Below, one piece after another: positions 1 through 8,026 of a stretch of DNA of 64,000 bases; position 1 is the stretch's first letter; each line of letters starts with the position of its first letter. Below the pieces are notes generated by a model that searched no databases, was not told the origin of the DNA, and saw only the letters and a program-made list of their open reading frames with translations. The translations under genes were made by a program, and so were the position numbers. The DNA comes from Thermomicrobiales bacterium (GTDB taxonomy: Bacteria; Chloroflexota; Chloroflexia; Thermomicrobiales; JALYUS01). Location of the stretch: the NCBI GenBank assembly GCA_038231255.1, contig JBBRLR010000004.1, positions 17,489 to 81,488 of the forward strand. Direction: 5' to 3'.

Positions 1-412
1 GCCGCCGACCGAGGAGGAGCAGGCGGCGGCACGCCTCGTCCATGAGCAGGCGCCGCGCGTGGCCGATGTGGAATGCGCCCGCCGGATAGGCGCGCTCGAC
101 GACATGCAGCGCGAGCGTCGGGTGGCGCGCGGCGAAGGTGTGGGCGAGCGCGGCGGACTGATCGGTGCAATTGTTCGCGAAGACGATGATCTCGTAGCGG
201 GCGTGATCGAGCGGTGTGCCGCCCACGTCGCGCTGATCCGCGAGGGCGCGCAACGTTTCGGCGAGCGTTCGTGCCTCGTCACGAACGGGCACAATGACGC
301 AGATTTCGCACGCCGGGCTTGGCGGTGTCCGGACGAAAAGCCCCGGATAATCGCACGGAATCGTTGGTGCAAGAATGTGCTCGGAACGAGTCAGGTCGGG
401 GGTAGAATGCAT
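1..412 (-). CDS. Glycosyltransferase family 2-like protein, N-terminal part (gene runs off left edge)
   Basis: Minus-strand frame from ATG at 412 reads MHSTPDLTRSEHILAPTIPCDYPGLFVRTPPSPACEICVIVPVRDEARTLAETLRAL...YEIIVFANNCTDQSAALA with no stop before position 1. VIVPVRDE and IIVFANNCTD resemble GT-A fold N-terminal strands. The listed + ORF 59..478 is its antisense shadow. Confidence 0.5.
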   Translation of the reverse strand, partial: MHSTPDLTRSEHILAPTIPCDYPGLFVRTPPSPACEICVIVPVRDEARTLAETLRALADQRDVGGTPLDHARYEIIVFANNCTDQSAALAHTFAARHPTLALHVVERAYPAGAFHIGHARRLLMDEACRRLLLLGRR

Positions 413-532
413 CGAGTGTGCCTTCTCGGGTGCGGGATTGCGATCTCATCCAACGATACGGCTGGTGGTATCGCATGATGCGTTCCGCGATATGGGAGAG
501 ATAGCGGAGGCGAGGATGTCGCCCGCTGCCTA

Positions 533-1972
533 TCAGCCGCTGACAGGTTCGTAATGGACTTGATTGCGTCCGCCCGCTTTGGCGGCGTAGAGGGCGGTGT
601 CGGCGATGCGGATCAGGGTGTCCATCGTCGTCGCGTCCGCTGGGAAGATGGCGACGCCGGCGCTGATCGTCGCGCGCACTTCCTCGCCCGATGGGAGATC
701 GAGGCGGTGGCGGGCGACATTCGCGCGTAGCCGTTCCGCGACGATCAGCGCCTGCGCGCCGTCCGTCTCCGGCAGCACTGCGATGAACTCCTCCCCGCCA
801 TAGCGGCCAACGAGGTCAATGCTGCGCACCGCCTGGGTGGCGATCCGCGCCAAATCCCGCAACACGCGGTCACCGAACTGATGGCCGTAGGTGTCGTTGA
901 TGCTTTTGAAGCGGTCGAGGTCGAAGAAGATCACCGCGAGCGACCGCCCGTAGCGGCGCGAGCGTTCCAGTTCGCGCTCCAACCGCTCCAATAATGCGCC
1001 CCGGTTGAACAGACCGGTGAGCGCGTCCGTTTGCGCGGCGTGGGCAACGGCGTTGTGCCGCTGGGCATTGCGGAGCGCGACCGCCGCATGGCGCGCAAGT
1101 TCGGCCACAATTGCCGCGTCGTCCGGCGTGTAGCGAGCGCGCATGGCGCTGCCGACCATGATCGCGCCGATCATCTGCCCCTCGACGCGCAGCGGCGCGA
1201 CGATCACCGAGCCGAGCCATGCGAAGTCGTCTGGCGGCGCGCCATTGAAGTGCGTGGGCACATCGCTGACGAGGAAGGGCTTGCCCGTCTCGGTCATCGC
1301 TTTCGTCAGGCTGTATGCGCCCGGTTCGATCCCCGTAAAAAGGTTGGGATTGACCGCGAACGGCCCGCGCCCGTCGGCGAGGCGGAGTGTGCCACTCTCG
1401 GCAAGTGTCAGGAGCGCCGCGCCCTCGTACGGGACGAGTCGGGCGACCTGATCGAGCACCGCCTCGACGACCGCGCCCGGCTCGAGCGACGCGCCGAGGG
1501 AGATGCCGATGTCGAGCAGCGTTTCCGCGCGGACGGCACGCCGCTCGGCGCTCGCGAATCGCTCCGCCTGCTGGATCGCCACGCCGATCCGCTGCGTGAT
1601 TAGTTGGAGCAATTCGAGGTCGAACTGGTCCAACGACTGCGCGCTCTGCACATCCACCACGCCGAAGACCGCGCCATCCACGAGGACCGGCACGGCGATC
1701 TCGCTCTGCACACCTGTCGCGAAGGGGAGGAATTCGGCCTCGGCCGCGACATCCTGGACGAGCGTGGGCTGCGCCGTGCGGTAGACGCGTCCGATCACGC
1801 CGCGATCAATCCGTACCCGCTCGATCACTGTGCCCAGCCCGGCGTGAGCGCGGGGAACAAGGTCGTCGCCGTCTCGTTCGTAGAGTGTTACCGAACTCTG
1901 CCCGAGGGAAGTGGCGAGCGTGTGGACAAACGTGCGCACGGTTTCATCCATGTCAATCATCACGATGCTCAC
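533..1972 (-). CDS. GAF-GAF-GGDEF diguanylate cyclase
   Basis: 479-aa ORF with two GAF-like segments followed by a GGDEF domain (DALTGLFNR, RFKSINDTYGH, active-site GGEEF). RSID lies 5 aa upstream of GGEEF, matching an RxxD I-site. Confidence 0.9.
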   Translation of the reverse strand: MSIVMIDMDETVRTFVHTLATSLGQSSVTLYERDGDDLVPRAHAGLGTVIERVRIDRGVIGRVYRTAQPTLVQDVAAEAEFLPFATGVQSEIAVPVLVDGAVFGVVDVQSAQSLDQFDLELLQLITQRIGVAIQQAERFASAERRAVRAETLLDIGISLGASLEPGAVVEAVLDQVARLVPYEGAALLTLAESGTLRLADGRGPFAVNPNLFTGIEPGAYSLTKAMTETGKPFLVSDVPTHFNGAPPDDFAWLGSVIVAPLRVEGQMIGAIMVGSAMRARYTPDDAAIVAELARHAAVALRNAQRHNAVAHAAQTDALTGLFNRGALLERLERELERSRRYGRSLAVIFFDLDRFKSINDTYGHQFGDRVLRDLARIATQAVRSIDLVGRYGGEEFIAVLPETDGAQALIVAERLRANVARHRLDLPSGEEVRATISAGVAIFPADATTMDTLIRIADTALYAAKAGGRNQVHYEPVSG

Positions 1973-2198
1973 GGAAGCGACATCTTTCCCCTACCCCGCA
2001 CCCGACATATTTATGAACTTCAGACTATAGTTATGTATATGCACAAATAAATCTGTGCGACAGGGCTAGTATACGGAAAGCACCGACCTGTCCCGTGTCG
2101 TTTGGCGCTAATTGACTTGCAGTTCTGTCATCTGTGAGCGGCACGCGCCGCGTATACTGGGGAAGACGCGCGACGCGGCGCGGAGAAGGGATGATTCA

Positions 2199-3719
2199 AT
2201 GGCCGACAATGCACTAACCGACCGCCTCCCGAACGCGGCGCTGCTCGCGGCACACCCGCTGATTATCGCCGCGAACCGTGGCCCGGTGGAGTTTACGCGG
2301 GGCGACGACGGCAAATTTACGCACAAACGGGGGAGTGGCGGCGTCGTCACGGCGATGAGCGCCTTGGGGAAGTACGTGGACCCGATCTGGGTGGCGAGCG
2401 CGATGACCGAGGGGGATCGTCAGCAAGCGGTCGCGGCGGGTGGCGAGCCGGTCGTTGTTAAGGACCGGGGCCAGCCGCCGCTCAAAATCCACTTCGCGAC
2501 GGTGCCGCCGGAAACCTATGACCTCGCATACAACGAGATCAGCAACTCGATCCTCTGGTTTTTGCAGCACTATCTCTGGGATGTCGCGCACGAGCCGGAC
2601 ATTGACCAGCAGGTCTGGCGCGCGTGGGACATCGGCTACTCGATCCTCAACCTGACGTTCGCGAACACGATCCATCGCGCCGCCGAACTGGCGAAGAGCG
2701 AGCGGCCCATCATCATGGTGCAGGATTACCACCTGTATCTTGTGGCGGCGCTGGTGCGCGAGCGGCTACCGCACGCACTGATCCAACAATTCATCCATAT
2801 TCCGTGGCCGGACAAGGATTACTGGCGTTTCCTGCCCGCGCGTATCCGCCGGGAAATTTGCCTCGGCCTAATGGCATGCGACGTCGTCGGTTTCCAGACA
2901 AACGACCACTGCCACAACTTCATCCAGACCTGCGTCGAGAACGTCCCCGGTGCGGAGGGCGACCACGAGCGGATGTTCCTGCGCCACGCGGGGCGGACGA
3001 TCAAGGTGCGCCCGTACCCAATCTCACTCGATGTCGCCGCCGTCCGCCGCACTGCGGCGAGTCGTGCGGTCGCGGAGTATACCAAGGTGTTGCAGGACTA
3101 TCTGGGCGAACAGACGATTGTGCGCGTGGATCGTGCAGAGCCGAGCAAGAACGTCTTGCGCGGCTTCAAGGCATTCGATCTTTTTCTGGATCGCTACCCG
3201 CAGTGGCATGGCAAGGTGCGTTTCCTCGCGCTGCTCGTCCCGTCGCGCCTGTCGGTGCCGCGTTACCAGCAATATCTGGACGACATCTACGCCTTCATGG
3301 GCAGACTCAACACGAAGCATGGGACGGAGGCATGGCGACCCGTTCGCCTGCTCGTCGGCGATAACTACGAGCGCGCCCTCGCCACGCTGACGCTCTACGA
3401 CGCGCTGCTCGTCAACTCGCTGGCGGACGGCATGAATCTTGTTGCGAAGGAGGGCGCGCTGCTCAACGAGCGCGGCGGCGTGCTAATCCTTTCCGAGACG
3501 GCGGGCGCCCACGAGCAACTGGGCGCGCACGCCATTTCCATCTCCCCGTGCGACATCGCCGGCACGGCGGACGCGCTGCACGCCGCCCTGACGATGCCGA
3601 CCGACGAACGCTTCCGGCGCGCGGCGGCCCTGCGCGCATCCGTCGAGCAGGCGGACATCGTCCGCTGGATCACCGACCAACTGGACGATATCGCCGCGAC
3701 CGAACGCGAAACCTATTGA
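2199..3719 (+). CDS. otsA: Alpha,alpha-trehalose-phosphate synthase (GT20)
   Basis: LIIAANRGPVEF, ILWFLQHYLWD, IMVQDYHLYLVA and LVNSLADGMNLVAKE are typical OtsA motifs. ATG 2199 (MADNALT) follows ggagaaggg. The track start at 2112 is a TTG extension. Confidence 0.9.
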   Translation: MADNALTDRLPNAALLAAHPLIIAANRGPVEFTRGDDGKFTHKRGSGGVVTAMSALGKYVDPIWVASAMTEGDRQQAVAAGGEPVVVKDRGQPPLKIHFATVPPETYDLAYNEISNSILWFLQHYLWDVAHEPDIDQQVWRAWDIGYSILNLTFANTIHRAAELAKSERPIIMVQDYHLYLVAALVRERLPHALIQQFIHIPWPDKDYWRFLPARIRREICLGLMACDVVGFQTNDHCHNFIQTCVENVPGAEGDHERMFLRHAGRTIKVRPYPISLDVAAVRRTAASRAVAEYTKVLQDYLGEQTIVRVDRAEPSKNVLRGFKAFDLFLDRYPQWHGKVRFLALLVPSRLSVPRYQQYLDDIYAFMGRLNTKHGTEAWRPVRLLVGDNYERALATLTLYDALLVNSLADGMNLVAKEGALLNERGGVLILSETAGAHEQLGAHAISISPCDIAGTADALHAALTMPTDERFRRAAALRASVEQADIVRWITDQLDDIAATERETY

Positions 3720-3723
3720 ACGG

Positions 3724-3828
3724 GGTGGAACAGGGTTTCAACCTGTGAGTTGACCAGTTGAAAAATCACCTTGGCGCGTCAGCACCCATCAATTTTTTAG
3801 GACGCACAGGTTGAAAACCTGTGCCACC
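3724..3828. repeat. Inverted pair of ggtggMacaggKttYcaacctgtg hairpin units between convergent otsA and otsB
   Basis: 3724-3749 is ggtggaacagggtttcaacctgtgag. 3803-3828 is the same unit in reverse orientation (rev-comp ggtggcacaggttttcaacctgtgc). The gap is 53 nt. Confidence 0.8.
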
Positions 3829-3851
3829 ATCCTGAAGGCTTCCCGATTTCA

Positions 3852-4691
3852 TCAAATATCCAGCCCGTCCGCGATGGCGGTGAGGAGGGCGGCGACGCCG
3901 GTGACGCCGGTGGCGATAGCGTCCACGCTGGCGAGGACGGCGGGGGGAGCGGTGCCGTCCGGCGCGACGACGCCAACAGCGAGGCCCGCGATGTCGCCGG
4001 CGGCGCGGAGATCGCGCAGCGCGTCGAAGGCGTCCACATCGGTCAGATCGTCCCCGAACATCACGACGCTGTCGAGGGCGTGCGCGGCGCAGAGGCGGCG
4101 GAGCGCGTACCCCTTGTTGATCGGCACGGGCGGGCGAATTTCGATCAGCGCGCGCCCCTCGGTAAGCCATAATCCTTCGGCGGCGGCGAGTGGTTCGAGA
4201 AGGGCGAACAGCGCGGCCCGCGCCTCGCGCTGGTTCGGCGCGAGGCGATAATGGACGCTGGCGGTCGGCCCTTTGTCCTCCAGGATCGTACCGGGCGGGA
4301 TCGGCAGAGTCTGCATCCGCGCGATTACCCGGTGGACATGGAGGGTGAAGGCGTCCGCATCGGCGTCGGTGGTCAGCATGCCGCCCGCGAGCATTTCCAT
4401 GCCGTGATTGCCGACGACGGGCAGTGCGGGGATGCCCACGAGATGCGCGCCATCCTTGGCGCGGCGACCGGTCAGCGCGACGACGAGCGTCAGGCGGGGG
4501 AGAAGGCGCATCAGGGCGCGGCGGGCGTCCCGATCCACGCGGGCCGCGCCGGGCGTCGCCGCAATCGGCGCGATTGTGCCATCTATGTCGGTGATGATGC
4601 CCGCGCGCGGCAGCCGCAGGAGGCGGAGCAGTTCCCCCATATCGGCGGGCGGCGGGATGACGTGCGGCGCGGGGGGGTCAGTCTTCGCCAT
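3852..4691 (-). CDS. otsB: Trehalose-6-phosphate phosphatase (HAD family)
   Basis: HAD motif I in GIITDIDGTIAPIA, later FGDDLTDVDAF. ATG at 4691. Convergent with otsA. Confidence 0.85.
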   Translation of the reverse strand: MAKTDPPAPHVIPPPADMGELLRLLRLPRAGIITDIDGTIAPIAATPGAARVDRDARRALMRLLPRLTLVVALTGRRAKDGAHLVGIPALPVVGNHGMEMLAGGMLTTDADADAFTLHVHRVIARMQTLPIPPGTILEDKGPTASVHYRLAPNQREARAALFALLEPLAAAEGLWLTEGRALIEIRPPVPINKGYALRRLCAAHALDSVVMFGDDLTDVDAFDALRDLRAAGDIAGLAVGVVAPDGTAPPAVLASVDAIATGVTGVAALLTAIADGLDI

Positions 4692-5970
4692 GCGCGATTC
4701 CTGACACGGCGATTGGTACGGCGGCTTGCGCCAGGGCGGCGTCTTTGGCGCGCTGCCGCTTGCCGCCCGTCTCGCGCGCGACGAGGGCGAAGAAGAGGCC
4801 GGTCGAGATAATCAGGGTGGCGTTGATGGCGAGGGCGGGGCCGTAGCCCGCCGCGTCGGAGACAATGCCCATGCAAATCGGGCCGAGGATGAAGCCGATG
4901 TCTCCGAATGAGCGATAGACCCCAAGCCGCGCGCCGATCCCGTGCCCCTGCGCCAGGTCCGCGACATAGGCGGAGGGCGCGGGGCCGGCGACGCCCGTGC
5001 TGATGCCGAACAGGATGGCGGACATCGTAAACCAGAAGACGTTGGGGCTGACGATGAAGCAGACGACCGAGATGCCGGACAGGATCGTGCTCGGCACAAT
5101 CGCCGCCTTGCGGCCGAGATTGTCCACCATCCACCCGGCGAGCGGGACGCAGACGAGGTTGCCGAGCGTGGCGAGTGTGAGAATACCGCCGATCGCTTCC
5201 TCGCCGAGGTGATAGCGATCCGCGCCGAGCAGGGGGAGCGCGGTCGTGCGCGTGCCGGTGCGCGTGAAGAATTGGGCGAGGGTAAGCAGGCAGATGGCGA
5301 GGAACGAGATGTCGCTGAGGAATCGCCACGCCGCGAAGGGGGAAGGGCGGCGCGGGCTGGTCGTCTCCTGCACCGGCGCTTGCTCTCGCACGAGCACCGG
5401 GATCGTGTGGCGGCGCGCGAAGGCCCAACCGAGCGCGAGGCAAGCCATCCCCGAATACACGAAGAAGACGCCGCGCGCCCCGACCGCCCCGGCGATCAGT
5501 CCGCCGACGGTCGGCCCTGCTGTCGAGCCGAGCAGGAACGACCCTTGGAAGGTACTCATCATCCGGCCCCGATTGTCCGGCGTGCTGATGTCGGCAATCG
5601 TTGCCTGCGCGCTGGTGATAAAAAGGGCGGAGCCGATCCCTTCGAGGAACCGGCCGAGCAGCAGGACGGCGTAGACCGGCGCGAGGCCGCAGATGATCGA
5701 GGAAACGGCGGTGAAACACATGCCACCGAGCAGAAAGGGACGACGACCGAATCGATCCGCCAGCCGACCGGCGGGGGTGTTCGTCAGGAGGCGGGCGATG
5801 GGGTAGGCGGAGACGATCAGGCCGATCAGCGCGCCGTTGACGCCGAAAGTGCGCCCATAGAGCGGCAGGATCGGCGCGACCATCGAAAGCCCCACCATGA
5901 CAAGCGCGACCATCACGCAGAGCGTGAACATCAATTCATTCTGCTGGAGGAGCGCGAGCGTCTTCTTCAT
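4678..5970 (-). CDS. MFS transporter
   Basis: 430 aa with about 12 hydrophobic segments and MFS loop motifs GRLADRFGRRP and MVDNLGRK. Its start-proximal neighbour otsB overlaps its 3' end by 14 nt. Confidence 0.85.
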   Translation of the reverse strand: MKKTLALLQQNELMFTLCVMVALVMVGLSMVAPILPLYGRTFGVNGALIGLIVSAYPIARLLTNTPAGRLADRFGRRPFLLGGMCFTAVSSIICGLAPVYAVLLLGRFLEGIGSALFITSAQATIADISTPDNRGRMMSTFQGSFLLGSTAGPTVGGLIAGAVGARGVFFVYSGMACLALGWAFARRHTIPVLVREQAPVQETTSPRRPSPFAAWRFLSDISFLAICLLTLAQFFTRTGTRTTALPLLGADRYHLGEEAIGGILTLATLGNLVCVPLAGWMVDNLGRKAAIVPSTILSGISVVCFIVSPNVFWFTMSAILFGISTGVAGPAPSAYVADLAQGHGIGARLGVYRSFGDIGFILGPICMGIVSDAAGYGPALAINATLIISTGLFFALVARETGGKRQRAKDAALAQAAVPIAVSGIAHGED

Positions 5971-5997
5971 GGCGGCGCTAGCATAGCATAGGGTGGG

Positions 5998-6060
5998 GAA
6001 GTTCGAGGTTCGAGGTTCGGGGTTCGATGATCCGCTCCGAACAGCGAACTCCGAACTTTC
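5998..6060. repeat. gttcgaggttcg / cgaacNcgaac hairpin repeat (copy 1)
   Basis: gaagttcgaggttcgaggttcggggttcg ... ctccgaacagcgaactccgaacttt. Imperfect inverted arms built from tandem gttcgag units, between two minus-strand genes. Confidence 0.75.
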
Positions 6061-6064
6061 CCAA

Positions 6065-6259
6065 CTACTTCAGGGCGAAGAGGACGACGGCGACGACGAT
6101 GGCGACCACGACAGCGAGGGCGATAAAGGCAATCGGGGCGGCGGCCATTGATTTCGCCTCGTGTGGCGTCACATCGCTAGTCGGGACGTTATCGCCGGTG
6201 CGCGTCGGAGTCGTCTCGCTCTCGTGATTTCCTTCGATGGGGAACTGTCGCTGCTGCAT
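6065..6259 (-). CDS. Small membrane-anchored hypothetical protein
   Basis: ATG 6259 (MQQRQFPIEG) preceded by aaaggag. C-terminal TM helix AAAPIAFIALAVVVAIVVAVVLFAL. Confidence 0.5.
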   Translation of the reverse strand: MQQRQFPIEGNHESETTPTRTGDNVPTSDVTPHEAKSMAAAPIAFIALAVVVAIVVAVVLFALK

Positions 6260-6405
6260 GGATGTGTACTCCTTTGATACGTCGCGACGCATTTCTCCAG
6301 GTACGCACGCTTTATGCCAGTGGCGATGCGCTCCCGTTCGCGCCAGTCGCGCGTTTTGCCGCTATGATAGGTGGGCCGGTGGCTGCGACGACGGGGGGTG
6401 CGTGG

Positions 6406-6672
6406 ATGGACGAGAACGAGACGAGTATCGAGGTGCGGGACGCGAGCGGCTCGCGCTCGCCGAATGGGCAGCATATATTCGGTACGCAGGTCGGCGGCGT
6501 GCCGCTTTTCACGCCCGCGGGTGATTGGAACCCGGCGCTAGCGATTGAGGTGGTTGAGGAGGGGAGCATGATCCGGCACGCGAATGGCGCGTGGCAGGCG
6601 GCGGGCTGGCGCCTGCGGGTGCGCGGCATTCCGGCGAGCAGCGCGATCACCACCGGGCGGATGCGCTCATGA
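6406..6672 (+). CDS. Hypothetical protein, translationally coupled to the downstream methyltransferase
   Basis: ORF 6262..6672, with the likely start at MDENETSIEV (ATG 6406; ATG 6364 also possible). Its TGA overlaps the next ATG as ATGA at 6669-6672. No family recognised. Confidence 0.45.
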   Translation: MDENETSIEVRDASGSRSPNGQHIFGTQVGGVPLFTPAGDWNPALAIEVVEEGSMIRHANGAWQAAGWRLRVRGIPASSAITTGRMRS

Positions 6673-7289
6673 CAGCGATAACCCAAAACATATCCCGTCA
6701 GCACGGGGCGGACCCGTGGCTTGACCCATTCTGGGGCGCAATGCAGTCGGCGGGGGATGAGGCGCTCGAACTCGGTTGTGGGCCGGGCGAGGACGCGGCG
6801 GAACTGACCGCGCGCGGGTTCACGGTCGTTGCCTTCGATCTGCTCCGCAAGCCAATCCGCCGGGCGGTCGAGCATGCCCCCGACGCCCATTTCTTCGTTG
6901 CGGATTTGCGCGCGCCGCTGCCGGTGCGGAGTGGGGCGGTGAATGTCGTCGTCGCCTCGCTCTCGATCCATTATTTTCTGTGGCAGGAAACCCTGGGGAT
7001 TCGTGACGAGGTGCGCCGCGTGTTGCGGCCGGGCGGTCTCTTCGTCTTCCGCGTCAACGCGACCGACGATGTCAACTTCGGCGCGTCGCAGGGCGAGGAG
7101 ATCGAGCCGCATTACTACCGCGTGCCTCCCGATAATCGGAATAACCGCCCGTACAAGCGGTTTTTCGACGAGCCGTCTCTCCGCGCACTCTTAACGCCCG
7201 ACTGGCGCATCGCCTACCTCGCGCACCGGACGATCAGCCGCTACGACACGCCGAAGCAGGTCTGGGAATGCCTCGCGTACCCAGAGTAG
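6669..7289 (+). CDS. Class I SAM-dependent methyltransferase
   Basis: Motif I ALELGCGPGEDAAEL followed by VVAFDL, then VVASLSIHY. Start MTAITQN at 6669. Confidence 0.85.
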   Translation: MTAITQNISRQHGADPWLDPFWGAMQSAGDEALELGCGPGEDAAELTARGFTVVAFDLLRKPIRRAVEHAPDAHFFVADLRAPLPVRSGAVNVVVASLSIHYFLWQETLGIRDEVRRVLRPGGLFVFRVNATDDVNFGASQGEEIEPHYYRVPPDNRNNRPYKRFFDEPSLRALLTPDWRIAYLAHRTISRYDTPKQVWECLAYPE

Positions 7290-7323
7290 CGATGCGTGCG
7301 TAGATACAATGAAGAGAGCATTG

Positions 7324-7476
7324 GGCAGCGTAGGCTGAAGAACATTACCAACGAATCCGGTACTGGGTGGCACAGGGTTTCAGCCTGTGAACCGGCATGC
7401 CGCCCGGAGGGCACCCGGAAACCTGCCCCACCGAGCCATTACTTGTGTAAGTTGTAAAGGTTCATCGGCCTGCGAT
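7324..7476. repeat. MITE-like element, partial copy (left TIR present, right end degenerate)
   Basis: ggcagcgtaggctgaag...ggtggcacagggtttcagcctgtgaaccggcatgccgcccggagggcacccggaaacctgcccc...gttgtaaaggttcatcggcctgcg aligns by eye along its length with 16757-16930. Confidence 0.75.
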
Positions 7477-7487
7477 CCCCGCACTAC

Positions 7488-7919
7488 ATGATCGGAGTAC
7501 ATGCCATGACCGCACCCGCGACTGACCGCGTACGCGTGATCCGGCCCGGACAAACTTACGTCGGCAAGCAGGGATTCACGTACGGCGCGGGCGTTTCCGC
7601 CGCGACGACCGGCGCGGAACAACTCTGCATGAATGTGCTGCCGATGCCGACGGGGGCGCGGGCGAAGGTGCATTACCACCGGGCCATCGAGACGATCGCC
7701 TACCTGCTCGATGGTGAATGCGCCGTCTACTACGGCGAAAACGTCGAACACCGGGCGATTATGCGCGCCGGCGACCAGATGTTTCTCCCGGCGGATGTGC
7801 CGCACGCCCCCTGTAACGAGAGCGGCGCGCCCTGTATTTGGCTCGTCGTGCATTCCTCCGGCAGCGATCAGGAGGGCATCGTCCTCCTGCCCGAACTGGA
7901 CGCGCGCCTCGGAGTGTGA
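7488..7919 (+). CDS. Cupin domain protein
   Basis: 143 aa with a cupin metal motif region KVHYHRAIETIAYLLDGE ... GDQMFLPADVPHAP. The start could instead be ATG 7506. Confidence 0.8.
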   Translation: MIGVHAMTAPATDRVRVIRPGQTYVGKQGFTYGAGVSAATTGAEQLCMNVLPMPTGARAKVHYHRAIETIAYLLDGECAVYYGENVEHRAIMRAGDQMFLPADVPHAPCNESGAPCIWLVVHSSGSDQEGIVLLPELDARLGV

Positions 7920-7920
7920 T

Positions 7921-8021
7921 GGTAATAGCGTAGGCTTCAGCCTGCGCTCCCCTCCCGGTAGCGCGGGCTTTCCAGCCTGCGACTGTGAGAAGAGAAAGGG
8001 ACGCAGGCTGAAGCCTACGCT
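7921..8021. repeat. Internally deleted derivative of the MITE-like family (perfect 20-bp inverted arms)
   Basis: agcgtaggcttcagcctgcg (7927-7946) and cgcaggctgaagcctacgct (8002-8021) are perfect reverse complements. The interior gcgcgggctttccagcctgcg is a family-type palindrome. Confidence 0.85.
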
Positions 8022-8026
8022 CCTCT

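Noticed and set aside
59-478. + strand 139-aa ORF at the left edge.
   Set aside because: The minus strand encodes a GT2-like N-terminus with coherent motifs starting at ATG 412. The + ORF is its antisense shadow.
4583-5719. Long Arg/Pro/Gly-rich ORFs overlapping or antisense to confident genes. Examples: 4583..5719, 8249..9316, 9895..10839, 14999..16114, 19705..20472, 26026..27033, 27218..28435, 37425..38807, 42408..43817, 47964..48896, 51207..52466, 55291..56496 and 62687..63835.
   Set aside because: These are typical shadow ORFs of a GC-rich genome. They have low-complexity composition and no family motifs, and each is fully covered by a gene with clear family signatures in another frame.
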